A stretch of 61,259 nt of DNA, counting the filler, from Asterionella formosa (taxonomy: Eukaryota): the NCBI GenBank assembly GCA_002256025.1. It is 12 parts of 12 records of this genome, joined end to end, with 100 filler letters (N's around TTAATTAATTAA, not from the genome) between each part and the next. Parts side by side here need not be neighbours in the genome. Positions count along the whole stretch, not along the records: positions 10,268 to 15,293 come from NKIB01013253.1; positions 15,394 to 20,415 come from NKIB01013254.1; positions 20,516 to 25,534 come from NKIB01013255.1; 9 more parts are not named here. One strand, written 5' to 3'. This document shows positions 10,362 to 21,074 of this stretch, piece by piece. Within the stretch, counting starts at the first letter, position 1, and the number at the start of each line of letters is the position of its first letter. The notes under the pieces were generated by a model. The model worked only from the letters and a program-made list of their open reading frames with translations, was not told where the DNA came from and made no database searches. A program made the translations under genes and the position numbers.

Positions 10362-11273
10362 TTACAATCCACTGAGGTAGCTACCAAATGGACCTCCACG
10401 AGCTTTAGCTGGAGGCGTTGGGACAATGGTAGGAGTAGTATGGACCTTACCTGGCAAGGAATTGAGGTAGCTAGACCCAAAGACAGATCCACTAGTAGCA
10501 GCGACAGGAGCAGCAATAGCAGCAGGTTTGACTGTAACAACAGGAGTAGAATGGACTTTTCCTGGCAAGGAACTGAGGTAACCAGATCCAAAGGCAGAAC
10601 CTTTTGCAGGCGGTGCTGCAGCGGCAGCCGTGACTACAACCACAGGCGATGAGAAAGTCTTCCCTGGCAAGGAACTGAGATAGCTAGTTCCAAAACCAGA
10701 ACCACTTGCAGGAGTAGAAGGCTTGGCCGCAACAACAGGAGTGGAAAACGTCTTGCCTGGCAACGAGCTCAGATAGCTAGCGCCAAATCCAGCTCCAGTG
10801 GCAGGAGCGGCGGGCTTCGCTGCAATGACAGGAGTCGAGTGGACCTTTCCTGGCAAGGAGCTGAGATAACCAGTGCCAAATCCAGTTCCGCCGGTGGAGG
10901 TCGAGACTGGGGCGACAGGCGTTGCAGTGAAATCAGGGGTAGAAAATGTCTTTCCTGGCAAGGAGCTGAGATAGTTTGCTCCAAACGTGGAGCCACTAGC
11001 AGCTGGGGCAGCAGGGGCCACTGGCTTGACCTCGATAACAGGAGTTGAATGGATCTTCCCAGGCAAAGAACTGAGATAGCCAGCGCCAAAGGCAGCTCCT
11101 TGAGCAGGAGCGCTAGCTTTAGGTGGCCCTGAGATGCTGTTGAGATAAGATGAAAGCGCCGTGGGCTGATTGACAGAGCCAAATCTTGTCGCAATCTGAT
11201 GAACAGTGCAAGTCTGGAAGGCCAATGAACCTGTTGCGAGTAGTAGAACAAGGGCAGCGGACGCTTTCATCAT
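10362..11273 (-). CDS. Low-complexity repeat protein with signal peptide and ASAF-like plastid motif; 7 FGxxYL(S/N)SLPGKxx(S/T)(T/S)P repeats
   Basis: MMKASAALVLLLATGSLA|FQ... (Phe at +1), then A/P/S/T/G-rich spacers separating conserved repeats; ends FGSYLSGL*. About 303 aa. Confidence 0.85.
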   Translation of the reverse strand: MMKASAALVLLLATGSLAFQTCTVHQIATRFGSVNQPTALSSYLNSISGPPKASAPAQGAAFGAGYLSSLPGKIHSTPVIEVKPVAPAAPAASGSTFGANYLSSLPGKTFSTPDFTATPVAPVSTSTGGTGFGTGYLSSLPGKVHSTPVIAAKPAAPATGAGFGASYLSSLPGKTFSTPVVAAKPSTPASGSGFGTSYLSSLPGKTFSSPVVVVTAAAAAPPAKGSAFGSGYLSSLPGKVHSTPVVTVKPAAIAAPVAATSGSVFGSSYLNSLPGKVHTTPTIVPTPPAKARGGPFGSYLSGL

Positions 11274-12199
11274 GATCAGCAAGTTAGAACTAACGATCGA
11301 GACGGATGTATGTCCTTCGATAAATTAGCTACATTATGATATTCTTCCTTTCTCGTTGAACTCATCTGCATCAACCACTTCGTCTCGCCTAAGTACATAC
11401 TGATTCCGCGGTATGCCGGTACCGGTAGTTCAATTGACGTACTTCACTCTACTGACCGTACATAAACATATTCGAGTATAGATATGCTGATGGGAATAAT
11501 AATGATACACAATCGTCGTCACCGTCACTGCAACAACTGACTTTGTTCATTCCTACATACACAGGTAGGTACAGTGATACGTAAATACAGCCAGTACTTC
11601 CTACCTGGGCGATGACGCCAACATTCGCAAGGATACAATATTTCCTGGGGGGCGAGCAAAAAAGGATTTGGTATTGCTGTGATTAAATGCCGGTTGCAGT
11701 CATTGTCACCTATTTGAGATGACGATCTTATCGTTCCAACGGATCTGTATATCGTGCCCCCAGTGAAAACTTGCTCCCTTAGCTCACCTACGTCAGCGAT
11801 CTGTAAAGTATACGTCAGAATATGAGTATGGTGCACAAAATAGTGTGATTCTGTTACCAGGCCTGGTACCAGTACCGGTAAAGCATAACGGTACGCTCAC
11901 TGCTAGAAATGCAATTCGCAAATAACAGCACGTTTCGATTGCAGTCTGCTGCCGCTCGTCTTCTTGCTGCTGGGAAAATGCATTGCTTATTAATGTACCC
12001 CTCTACATGTATAAAATCATACACCGGTGATATACCGGTACTCCTTTCAGGTTTCGTGTCACTTAACAGTCCAAGTAGTCCGTGCATAAACCAATTTTAT
12101 GTAAGACGAGAAACAAGAGAGCAAAGAAGGCAGGCACGTCATGCACTGGTTCTTAGTTCTTAGTAAAGTATGCCAGTATTAAAAAAACCAAATGGTAGG

Positions 12200-12790
12200 G
12201 TTAAGGTTTACCTCTCTTTCCTCTGATTACACACAGCCTCATGTCTCTCATAAGTTGTATTTTAGCACCTACAACATGCTTTCCCTTCAGGGGACTTGTG
12301 TCTCATAGCAAGACTTCTAGTGAAGTCACTCTAGATTTGTACAGGTCCATCACAGTAAGTCTGAAAGCCCCCATTGAGGGTGAGCCAAAATTAGTAACCT
12401 TATTGTTGTCTTGTTAGAATTGAAACCCACCACATGTGAGCAGGAAGAAGATGTTTCCAATCAATTTTGGCACAATCATTCGTGTGAGAGTAGAACTGCA
12501 CAGAGAGTATTTTATTGCAGGTCTAACCATCACTATGTATGATGCCATCACTTCATTATATTTAAGATTCCATGCTGCAATATTCTGACTCAATGACATC
12601 CCTTTCGGAATAAAAATTGAGCTTGCCTTCATCATTTTTATTCCTGTTTGGTGCACATTTTGCTCCTAGCTAGATTTCACAGACCTTCTCCAACATGCTT
12701 TTGCAGGACTACAACAAACTTCTGATACTCACTTCCCAAAGTCAATTGTATCTTCCTTGATCTTTGATTTGGTCAGGAAATGTTTACACC
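12200..12790 (-). mobile_element. Degenerate non-LTR retrotransposon (LINE) RT-distal fragment
   Basis: Interrupted pieces such as YIVMVRPAIKYSLCSSTLT and FGSPSMGAFRL resemble LINE RT C-terminal motifs (Y...P.L.Y.L; FGP..GGLGL). Boundaries approximate. Confidence 0.45.
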
Positions 12791-12932
12791 AAGAGCTGAA
12801 CAACCACATTGATTGTTCGATATGGTTTTGAAATTAAGCAATTACATTTCCATTTTAAATTCTTCGTACACCAAATTTTAAGGATGCCCCTCAACGTGGC
12901 AATTGTCGCTGGCTTGTGATGCAAGATGTGAT

Positions 12933-15017
12933 TTAAACATTCGAAAAAAGTGAAGACTGTACAGAGGGTAAAGGAGTTTCTTTGTGTTCCAAATTTGGAC
13001 AATTAACCTCAAGAGTTGGGCAAAGATGAGTTGCTTCCATTTCCCTTTTTGTCAGCGACTGCTGCTCCACCAACTTGCATGCCTTACTTTCCAATAGTGA
13101 CTGAAGGAGATTGACAAGGAGGACAACACACAGCAAGTTCATATATGCATCCAAGTCATTCAACGGTCCAATTAGCATCAAGAAAATATGTCCCACCACG
13201 ATGACTCGTCGACTCAATTTTCGCTGCCTGTATTGATAGTCACTAGGCAAGTCAGCCTCTCTGTTGGCAGCATTCTTGAGAGTGTCCAAGACCTCTCGAG
13301 CTCGTTCTTTGCCAAGCTGTTTAGTGGCATGATGTTCTCGTTCCCGACAAAGGTAGTCATCATTGAGGGCCATGCGAACCTGTTCACGACGGCGCTTCAG
13401 CCTCTCCTTGTCATATGTGTAGTATAGACCTCCAGGGAGACGATGATAACGGATCCAAGATTGAAGCATCAGAGATGCAATGAGAAGTGCACCAACAAAA
13501 TGAACATATACCGCTCTTCCTTTATCAATCATTGTAGTATCCAGAGAAGCAATGGCTTTTGGGTATAATTCCATGGCCTGCCAACACTTGGAGCCTTCAA
13601 GCAGGTCTGTTGCGTGTCTCATGATGCAACTCATAGCATCATTATCCTCAGAAAAGGGAAAATTGATCTTGCTTAAGGAACTATTGATGTCAGGAACATT
13701 CCAACCATTCTGTCGCCGGATAACAATAGATTCCAGAACAGCATCCACAATTGGCTGTTGTAGCTTTTTAGCAAGATTATTATAAATACTAGTGACAATT
13801 AAGTCCTCATGAAATTCCAATGTTGCTTGTTCGATAATCCCCATGAAGGTGTTGATGTCCCACAAATGATTTGGTAGTTTTGTGATTTGAGTTTTCATAT
13901 TACCAGTATATGTTTCCACATCGAAGAAAGTGTCGGAGGTACTATTATCTCGTATGGCAAAAAAGTCCACAAGATTTTGCACTGTTCGGTTGCCAGTTCC
14001 ACCACCAAAGAGGGAGAGAAGCTCTGTGGTACTGTAAACAGAAGACTCAAAACCATACGAAAACTCAAGTGTTGCAGGACTCTTTGGGAATCTTTGTAGA
14101 TATATGTCAAGGCGAGCAGCAGATGAATAAATAATGTTCTTGAGGGTGCTCTTCCAAGCAGATGATAAAATATTGGAACTCTCATTTATGGTTTTAGGTG
14201 AAGCATTGCACATGGGAGAAGAACATACATAAAAGCTGGAACCAATATCATCAAAGTGGACAAACCTATTTTGGTGTGTGTTGTTTCCAAAATCACCAAA
14301 AACCATCGCGTCATTATCATTACAACACCTTAAATGAAGTGTCCTTGTGCTGGAGTTGTTCAGTAGCCATTGGTGTTGGTCGTCAATGGGGTCTACCGAA
14401 TCAAAGTAGTAAATTAATTCCTGATAGTGTAGGTTGAAACCAGCAGTGTTATTTGTTTCATGAATCTGGTACATTGAATCATCGTTCTGATAGAATGTTC
14501 TTGTGGAGCAATTGTCATGCTTTGAAGTGACAACACCAGCGAACCTGATGGAACATTTCTTTTCCACTAATTTCTTGTTGGCATACCAGGACCAGGTATA
14601 CTCATGATCAAGCGCATATGATTGAAAGCCTCCAAGCAGAGGAGTGCTATATTGCTCTGCCAGGACAGCATTATTGACTGACTTCAGCCATTCAGGAATA
14701 TCGGGTGAGTTTGCAGAATATGACATGAGCTTGGGAAAGGACATTTCTGAATACCCAAGGCTGCATGTGCTTATGCTAGCTACTTCCTCCTTGTCGTCAA
14801 AGTGCCGCAGCTCTTCCTGGCTAGACCAATGAAGCCAAAGTAACCCATCCCGACTTGAATCATTGTAAGGCAGATCCGAATATTGACTTCCGCAAAGGAC
14901 ATAGAAATCGGGTGTACAGCAGGACTCCAAGAAACCATCGATCTCTCTTTTCGAGCTTGTCTCTGCATAAATGAAATCTTGGACGCCATCGGAATGAAGG
15001 ACTACAAGGAGAAACAT
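12933..15017 (-). CDS. Hypothetical membrane protein (large N-glycosylation-site-rich domain plus C-terminal hydrophobic helices)
   Basis: 694-aa ORF with many NxS/T sites and hydrophobic segments (VYVHFVGALLIASLML, VIVVGHIFLMLIG, LLCVVLLVNLL). No family recognised; start uncertain. Confidence 0.65.
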   Translation of the reverse strand: MFLLVVLHSDGVQDFIYAETSSKREIDGFLESCCTPDFYVLCGSQYSDLPYNDSSRDGLLWLHWSSQEELRHFDDKEEVASISTCSLGYSEMSFPKLMSYSANSPDIPEWLKSVNNAVLAEQYSTPLLGGFQSYALDHEYTWSWYANKKLVEKKCSIRFAGVVTSKHDNCSTRTFYQNDDSMYQIHETNNTAGFNLHYQELIYYFDSVDPIDDQHQWLLNNSSTRTLHLRCCNDNDAMVFGDFGNNTHQNRFVHFDDIGSSFYVCSSPMCNASPKTINESSNILSSAWKSTLKNIIYSSAARLDIYLQRFPKSPATLEFSYGFESSVYSTTELLSLFGGGTGNRTVQNLVDFFAIRDNSTSDTFFDVETYTGNMKTQITKLPNHLWDINTFMGIIEQATLEFHEDLIVTSIYNNLAKKLQQPIVDAVLESIVIRRQNGWNVPDINSSLSKINFPFSEDNDAMSCIMRHATDLLEGSKCWQAMELYPKAIASLDTTMIDKGRAVYVHFVGALLIASLMLQSWIRYHRLPGGLYYTYDKERLKRRREQVRMALNDDYLCREREHHATKQLGKERAREVLDTLKNAANREADLPSDYQYRQRKLSRRVIVVGHIFLMLIGPLNDLDAYMNLLCVVLLVNLLQSLLESKACKLVEQQSLTKREMEATHLCPTLEVNCPNLEHKETPLPSVQSSLFSNV

Positions 15018-15675
15018 TGTAATTCGCTGTTAGTTAGCTGTACCATGATGCATTCAGTAATAGTTGTAAAATGGCAGTAGTCAAATTGTAACAGTCGATG
15101 ATGACGATATTCGTACATTTCTTGTAACCTTGAACAGAAATCAATGAAAGAAGCACAGTCAGAAGTACGGGGCGTTCCCACTGATGGAAGAGGTATGCTT
15201 TATGCACTGGGATCTTGCTGATGGTAATGCTACTCATTGAAATGTTGAATAATGCTAATAAATGTGTTTCCAAATCGTTTTAAGTTTTTATGANNNNNNN
15301 NNNNNNNNNNNNNNNNNNNNNNNNNNNNNNNNNNNNNTTAATTAATTAANNNNNNNNNNNNNNNNNNNNNNNNNNNNNNNNNNNNNNNNNNNNTATTTCT
15401 TGGTTTTGCAACTTTTCAACCATTTCTACTTCAGAAGTGATGCATGTCTCCCACATTTCCGCCGGTATTTTCATTTATCGCATGAATTTGTTCAATCAAT
15501 GAATGAGAATCACTGATTTCTTCTTCATTATCAACGATTTCAGGAGAATGAGGAGCAAAATACGACACTGGACGATGGAACTGTGACTCTGTAGGAATAG
15601 AGTCTTCATCCGCGAAGAACAACTGTTTGGGTTTCCTCGGCTCTTGGAAAGCAATCTTTCCTTCTTTTCAATCTT

Positions 15676-15800
15676 CTGTAATTAAAAAAATCGTTAGGCC
15701 TAACAGTTTTGCTGTAAGACCCACTGCCCCCAAAATTCTCAGTATGACATACCTTTTTTTGATTGATCATACAAAAAAACTGATTAATCATACAAAAATA
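15676..15800 (+). repeat. Terminus of an unclassified dispersed repeat; inverted copy at about 31255-31343
   Basis: CTGTAA.TAAAAAA.CGTTAGGCCTAACAGTTTT.CTGTAAGACCCACTGCCCC.AAA.TTCTCAGTATGACATAC is shared between two contigs. Confidence 0.75.
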
Positions 15801-18133
15801 CTGATTGATCATACATAAGAACTAATTGATTGATTAATATTGTTGCATTGATCTTACGTATGCTTAGCATAGATCACATGCATATTATGTAACATCCAAT
15901 CGATTGCATTTGTAACATTAATAACGAAGCACATTTAGGAAACACTCATCAAATATATATATCAATTACTTTCAAATCAATAGATCATACGATATGCTTA
16001 TGATCAATACAGCACTCTCATTCTCATTATCAACTAACGTTTTGGTGTTCGATCTGAAGATAGTAATCGTGAGATCAAATCAGTTATTGATTCGATCTAA
16101 CCTTTGGAATGCTAGTAGTATCAAATAGAACTTTTAGCTTTCGATCTAACATTCATTACTACTGATCTAACTAATTTCTCTTGTTGATCAAACCTATTAT
16201 CATGTTCGATCAATGATGAACACAAATCGAATTAAATGGATTGATATTTAAAACTTAAATATTCTACTTCTGGTCACCCATACTTTCCACTGTGCATCCT
16301 CTATCAGAACGAGCACACAGTGTTCTTCAATATGCGTAGCCTGACATGTGTAAGAAAACAATCTGACAAACAATTTTGATTGACCACACCAACACGGTCA
16401 TTGATATATCAAAATTATCATCAAGACAACATAACAAAACATTTGATCAATATATCAACAATTTTGGTTAACCGATTAGATTTGGTAACTAATGTATACA
16501 AGTTCTTATGTATGCATATCCTAACGTGTCTATGCTACTAACCTAATGTACAAATTTGATTGATCATACAGACAAACCCATTGATAGATCAAAATTATCA
16601 TCAACATGTCAAAATATTTGAACAATCAATCAGTTTTTTAACGTAGTATGCTGAGTGAAATGTTAGATCTAATGGAAAATCTATTCACAGACGATCTCTG
16701 CCACTATTGTATTGGTATACTTGCTTCATTATTTTTTCTGGAGTATTATGAATCTGTTCAAATTTTTCTGATCGCTCTTTGAGTGTATTCAAAGGAGCAA
16801 ATCTTCGATTAATTTCATAAGTTTCTTCATCATCTTTTCCGAAAACATATTAAGTTGTGTAGTGTAAATGATGGTGGAAGTAAGTCATGTTTCTTGTTTG
16901 ACTGATCCTTTCCATGAAATCCATGAATTGCCATTTGGAAAGTTGTCAAAGGGCCAGAAAACTATGATGTAAAACAGTGGAAGGGAAATGCTGAGCTTTT
17001 TGCGGCGCTTGTGGAGGTGCAACTGGTGTGATGGTAACTGAGTGAAGTAATTGTTGAACAGAGCATAGTATATGAAGGACACTTGTCCCTCTATCAATGA
17101 TGACACAGACACTGGCTTTTCCAGGAGCATTCAACAATGATGAGAGCCACTTGTCGCTCTATTGATGGTAACAAAGATGCAGACAAGTTCAACTGTGAAT
17201 GCAAGAACAACACCCCAATGAAGACAAGTCGACAGTGTGTGTATGCACATGCTAAGCAGGTTTGAGGCAACAGACAGTTCCAACAAGCAAATGACCACAT
17301 GGATATCAAATTTTTCCTGTGGCAAACCACAATGATAATGATGAAGGACAATCGTGAAAGCTCCGTTGAGCATTATACATTTTTATTTCAAACATGAAAA
17401 GTATGGGTGTGATGACTCTGACTCAATATTATTTTTAAACCCTACCTCGAGCCAGGGGATCAAATGGACGAACTTTAAGGTTATGGCCCCTAAGAAGATT
17501 TCCGTTATTTGTGTGGTACTCTACACGAGTGTATAATTTTTACACCTTACTACTGGTACCGTACATCGGAGTTTAAAATCGACTGTTTCGTCAATAGTGA
17601 CTTTGCCAGTCTTTTGGTACCGAAATCTCCAATGCTGAACCAGCACTACTACACACACATCTCATACATGCAGGTACATAGATACCGGTATAATTTTTTT
17701 CTAGCGCATACTTTGAATTAAATAGCTTTCTATTTAACTGAGTTAAATTCGAATTTTCTTGGGAGTAACACTTAGACCGGTATGCCTTTTCAGGCGGTCG
17801 CACTAATCTTTTGCTTTTGTGGTATACCAGGCGTCCGTACGTACCGTTTTCCGTTGGCAAGACGACCAAAAGCGTGCCGGTGTTTAGTATCAAATAAATA
17901 CAGACGCATTGCTAGCATTAGCCCGCCAGGGCTTGCATTCCTTTTGTTCCGAAGAAGATTGCCCAGATCAACTTACCTGATACATTTTTAAATATTTGCA
18001 TACGAGCAAGGCGCGTGTGGCGAAGACTTTGTCGATAATTATGTGATCGTCTAGTACATAGCTGCATACGTGCAGGTTGTATCGAATATCCCTCCGTTTT
18101 ATTGCTTTTCGTTCATATTCGTTTCGCTCGAAG

Positions 18134-19357
18134 ATGGGTTTTTTTGAGACGAAGGCGACGAAGAAATCTAAGACGGTGCCTACTGCAGGCGTCGCCAGGG
18201 GTAAGACATCGGCACAGAAAATATCGACACAGAAAGCTGCAGCTCGCACAGCTGTATCCACATCGAAAACTGAGTTGACTGCACTTGCTCGAAACAATGC
18301 ACCTAATACTTCGAGAACAGATCCTCTTCTGGTGCAAACGAAAGACAGTGACGATAATAGCTTGTTAGAGTTTCAAAGGCGGGAACCTCAGAAAAAGATA
18401 TCGTTCTCGGCTAATACTGTTGACAAGCACGCTCAAGGTCAAGTGAAGCCACCCACACCTGTAAATTCCCGTCTCGTAAGTGCTCCATCCACTGACACTG
18501 GCGTGGAGAATATGGCTAAGTATAATGGGCCCACCCCAAAGTTTTTTTGTCGATACGAAAACCCGAGCATCGAGAGCAATCCTACAGACGACAGTGGATT
18601 TTCTTTGGTGCAAACCGGTAGCCTTCTCCGTAGTCCCGATGCATTTGTTACATCTTCGCTGGTTCAATGGAAGTTTGCTGCTGAAGAAGGGCACATCATA
18701 ATTAGAATTTTTGCTGTGCTAGGAGCATTAACAGTCATGGTAACCACTTTTCTTCCGCTGTATCTCGAGGAAGATAAAATCACCATATCCTATGTGATTA
18801 TCTCGGTCTATTCAGTCCTACTCTCAATTTTGATTGTAGCCTTGGACGGGCGATCATTTTGCGGCCGAAATCCTGTCAGTTGCCGAGCTAAGCTTCGAAA
18901 CTTGATCACACGAAACTGCAACGTATTTAAGTTGGTATTTGGGCGGTCGTTTCTATACATGTTCGTGGGAGGTCTACAATGCTCTCAAATGCAACTTATA
19001 TCGCTTTACTCGGGATGTGCCATGATAGTCATTGGGTTCATTGCTCTGATCGTCGGCTGGAATGCTTCCCAAAATCTGGCTAACTTGAAGAGTTCTTTGA
19101 CTGACGATGATTTTTTGTGGTCGGAGTTCAACAAGCATGACAGCGACGCCGATGGATTGTTAACTCCCAGTGACTTTTCAAAATTCATTTGGAGCCTTGG
19201 TCTGGACTTTGATGATGTTCATACTCTGAAGGCTTTCCTGAGCATCGATAAAGATCGTGACAAAAAGATTGATTATGTTCAATTCCGCCATTGGTGGTCT
19301 CAATGTTCCCAGTTTGTAGATGATGTGGAGGTATTACCTCGGATTTCGGAGACTTAA
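18134..19357 (+). CDS. COPI-associated (Tvp15-like) multi-pass membrane protein with C-terminal EF-hand pair
   Basis: First ATG at 18134. Disordered N-terminus, about 4 TM helices with FKLVFGRSFLYMFVGGLQ, EF loops DSDADGLLTPSDF and DKDRDKKIDYVQF. Confidence 0.75.
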   Translation: MGFFETKATKKSKTVPTAGVARGKTSAQKISTQKAAARTAVSTSKTELTALARNNAPNTSRTDPLLVQTKDSDDNSLLEFQRREPQKKISFSANTVDKHAQGQVKPPTPVNSRLVSAPSTDTGVENMAKYNGPTPKFFCRYENPSIESNPTDDSGFSLVQTGSLLRSPDAFVTSSLVQWKFAAEEGHIIIRIFAVLGALTVMVTTFLPLYLEEDKITISYVIISVYSVLLSILIVALDGRSFCGRNPVSCRAKLRNLITRNCNVFKLVFGRSFLYMFVGGLQCSQMQLISLYSGCAMIVIGFIALIVGWNASQNLANLKSSLTDDDFLWSEFNKHDSDADGLLTPSDFSKFIWSLGLDFDDVHTLKAFLSIDKDRDKKIDYVQFRHWWSQCSQFVDDVEVLPRISET

Positions 19358-19502
19358 AATCTCAGATGATGCCAGAACCTTAACAAGCAATACCAACAAG
19401 AATATGCAACTACAAAGGATTTGGCTCTTTGCGGTCCTGTTTGCACTCGTCTGAAATGTCAATTTAGTGTCCATGAAGTTTCAATATAATCTAATTGTTT
19501 CC

Positions 19503-20333
19503 TTATTTCTTAATGCCTCTAGCCAGCACCGCTTGGTTCAGCATCGTGGCATGATTTCCCATGGGTCCGCCTGGTTTTCGCTTCTCCTTTCGGATTCCCT
19601 CTACTACCCTGAAGCACTTGGGTATATGCAGATTCTCTAGATTGGATCGTATCTCGATTTCCGCAGCCTCAATAATCTTGCCGAGATTCTCCACATGGCC
19701 TGCAGAACCAACAACAACGCAAGTGGTATCAGTGTCCTTGGTCAAGCGCGCTCCCATATTTGTTTGTTCCGTGGGATCCATAGTAACTTGAATTGTGGAT
19801 CGAATGTGGTATCGAGAGCGTCCTTCAGCCACTGGTCCGACATGCACAAGATGGACACTGTTCCATTGACCCTTCGCTAGAGTTTCATCTGCGACATTTT
19901 TTTGAAGGAGAAAGACACCTGCAAAAGCTCTATCGTTCCCTTCTATTTCGTACAGATAGACGGATCCCACCGAATCATTTCTATAATATAGTTGTCTGTA
20001 TGCATCCCATACCTCATTTGCAATGGCTTCCAAAGTCCTCAGCGCATTGGCAGGAACTTCGTCCGAAGACGCAGGAACTAATGTATTGGACCATGGAGAA
20101 CGATGGGAATCTCCAACTCGATTTAATTCGCATTTGATAAAACTCCTTTTTGCCTTCGCATCAATCTCGATGTCGAGAGGGAGGGGAATGAGAGTCTTGG
20201 ATGCTTCCGCAAGGGCATCTGGTTCTGCGGCTAAGAGGTCCTTGAGGAAACCAATGATTTCAGCAGATTTCGACGGAGGAGTCTTTTGCAGGATATTCAA
20301 GCATGCCTCTATGGTAGGAGAGGGTGAATCCAT
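19503..20333 (-). CDS. CAPZB: F-actin capping protein subunit beta
   Basis: FIKCELNRVGDSHRSPWSN, LRTLEAIANEVWDAYRQLYY, GSVYLYE, WNSVHLV, HVENLGKIIEAAEIEIRSNL. Confidence 0.88.
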   Translation of the reverse strand: MDSPSPTIEACLNILQKTPPSKSAEIIGFLKDLLAAEPDALAEASKTLIPLPLDIEIDAKAKRSFIKCELNRVGDSHRSPWSNTLVPASSDEVPANALRTLEAIANEVWDAYRQLYYRNDSVGSVYLYEIEGNDRAFAGVFLLQKNVADETLAKGQWNSVHLVHVGPVAEGRSRYHIRSTIQVTMDPTEQTNMGARLTKDTDTTCVVVGSAGHVENLGKIIEAAEIEIRSNLENLHIPKCFRVVEGIRKEKRKPGGPMGNHATMLNQAVLARGIKK

Positions 20334-21074
20334 GATGGGTGGTGTGACTTGCTGTTTGTTGGTGTTGTATTGTAGTTTGAAAGGACGTGAGTTTCTTCAG
20401 TCGATCCTGATGTTANNNNNNNNNNNNNNNNNNNNNNNNNNNNNNNNNNNNNNNNNNNNTTAATTAATTAANNNNNNNNNNNNNNNNNNNNNNNNNNNNN
20501 NNNNNNNNNNNNNNNAAAACTATTCGTAAATTCACCTGCCCATTGGCATTTGCACCACAATTGCACCACCGATTGCAGCACTATTACTTAGAGAAACCAA
20601 AATTGCACCATCAGACTACCCATATTTAAAATCCGTGCTACGGCCTGCACTACCGTAGTGATATTTTCTACATAGGATCACGATCAGATTCAAATAAGAT
20701 ATGTATTTTGTTGTACCCAACGGCCGTAGGCTACCCGTTACATACATGTAATGGGACATACCGGTACTAATAAAATATTGCAAGCATTTTGTATCTTATA
20801 AATAGGTTCCTACCGGTAATGAATTTTTAATCAAGGCACTCCTTGCTGGTACTATGAAATATCATCAGATAGATGAAGACTAGTAAAGTGACGTGTTTAA
20901 GGAAGTAACTGAGGTCGAGTGCATCCGAATGTCAACTCCAGTTCTATGTTAGCTATCAATTTAGAAGACCTCTTGGTACTGTCAATTTTTGTCGCGCTTT
21001 TGAACTAGGGAATTGGGATCGAAAATAAGTTGCAATCGTTCAACATGCCAGCAATGCAGAACACAAACAATCCT

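Noticed and set aside
5266..11273. ATPase + protease + repeat protein as a defence operon
   Set aside because: The repeat protein is on a different contig. The ATPase and protease are convergent eukaryotic genes with no evidence of functional linkage.
16860..17350. Coding-like, Cys-containing stretch
   Set aside because: Multiple stops in all frames and no motif I can assign; probably TE debris.
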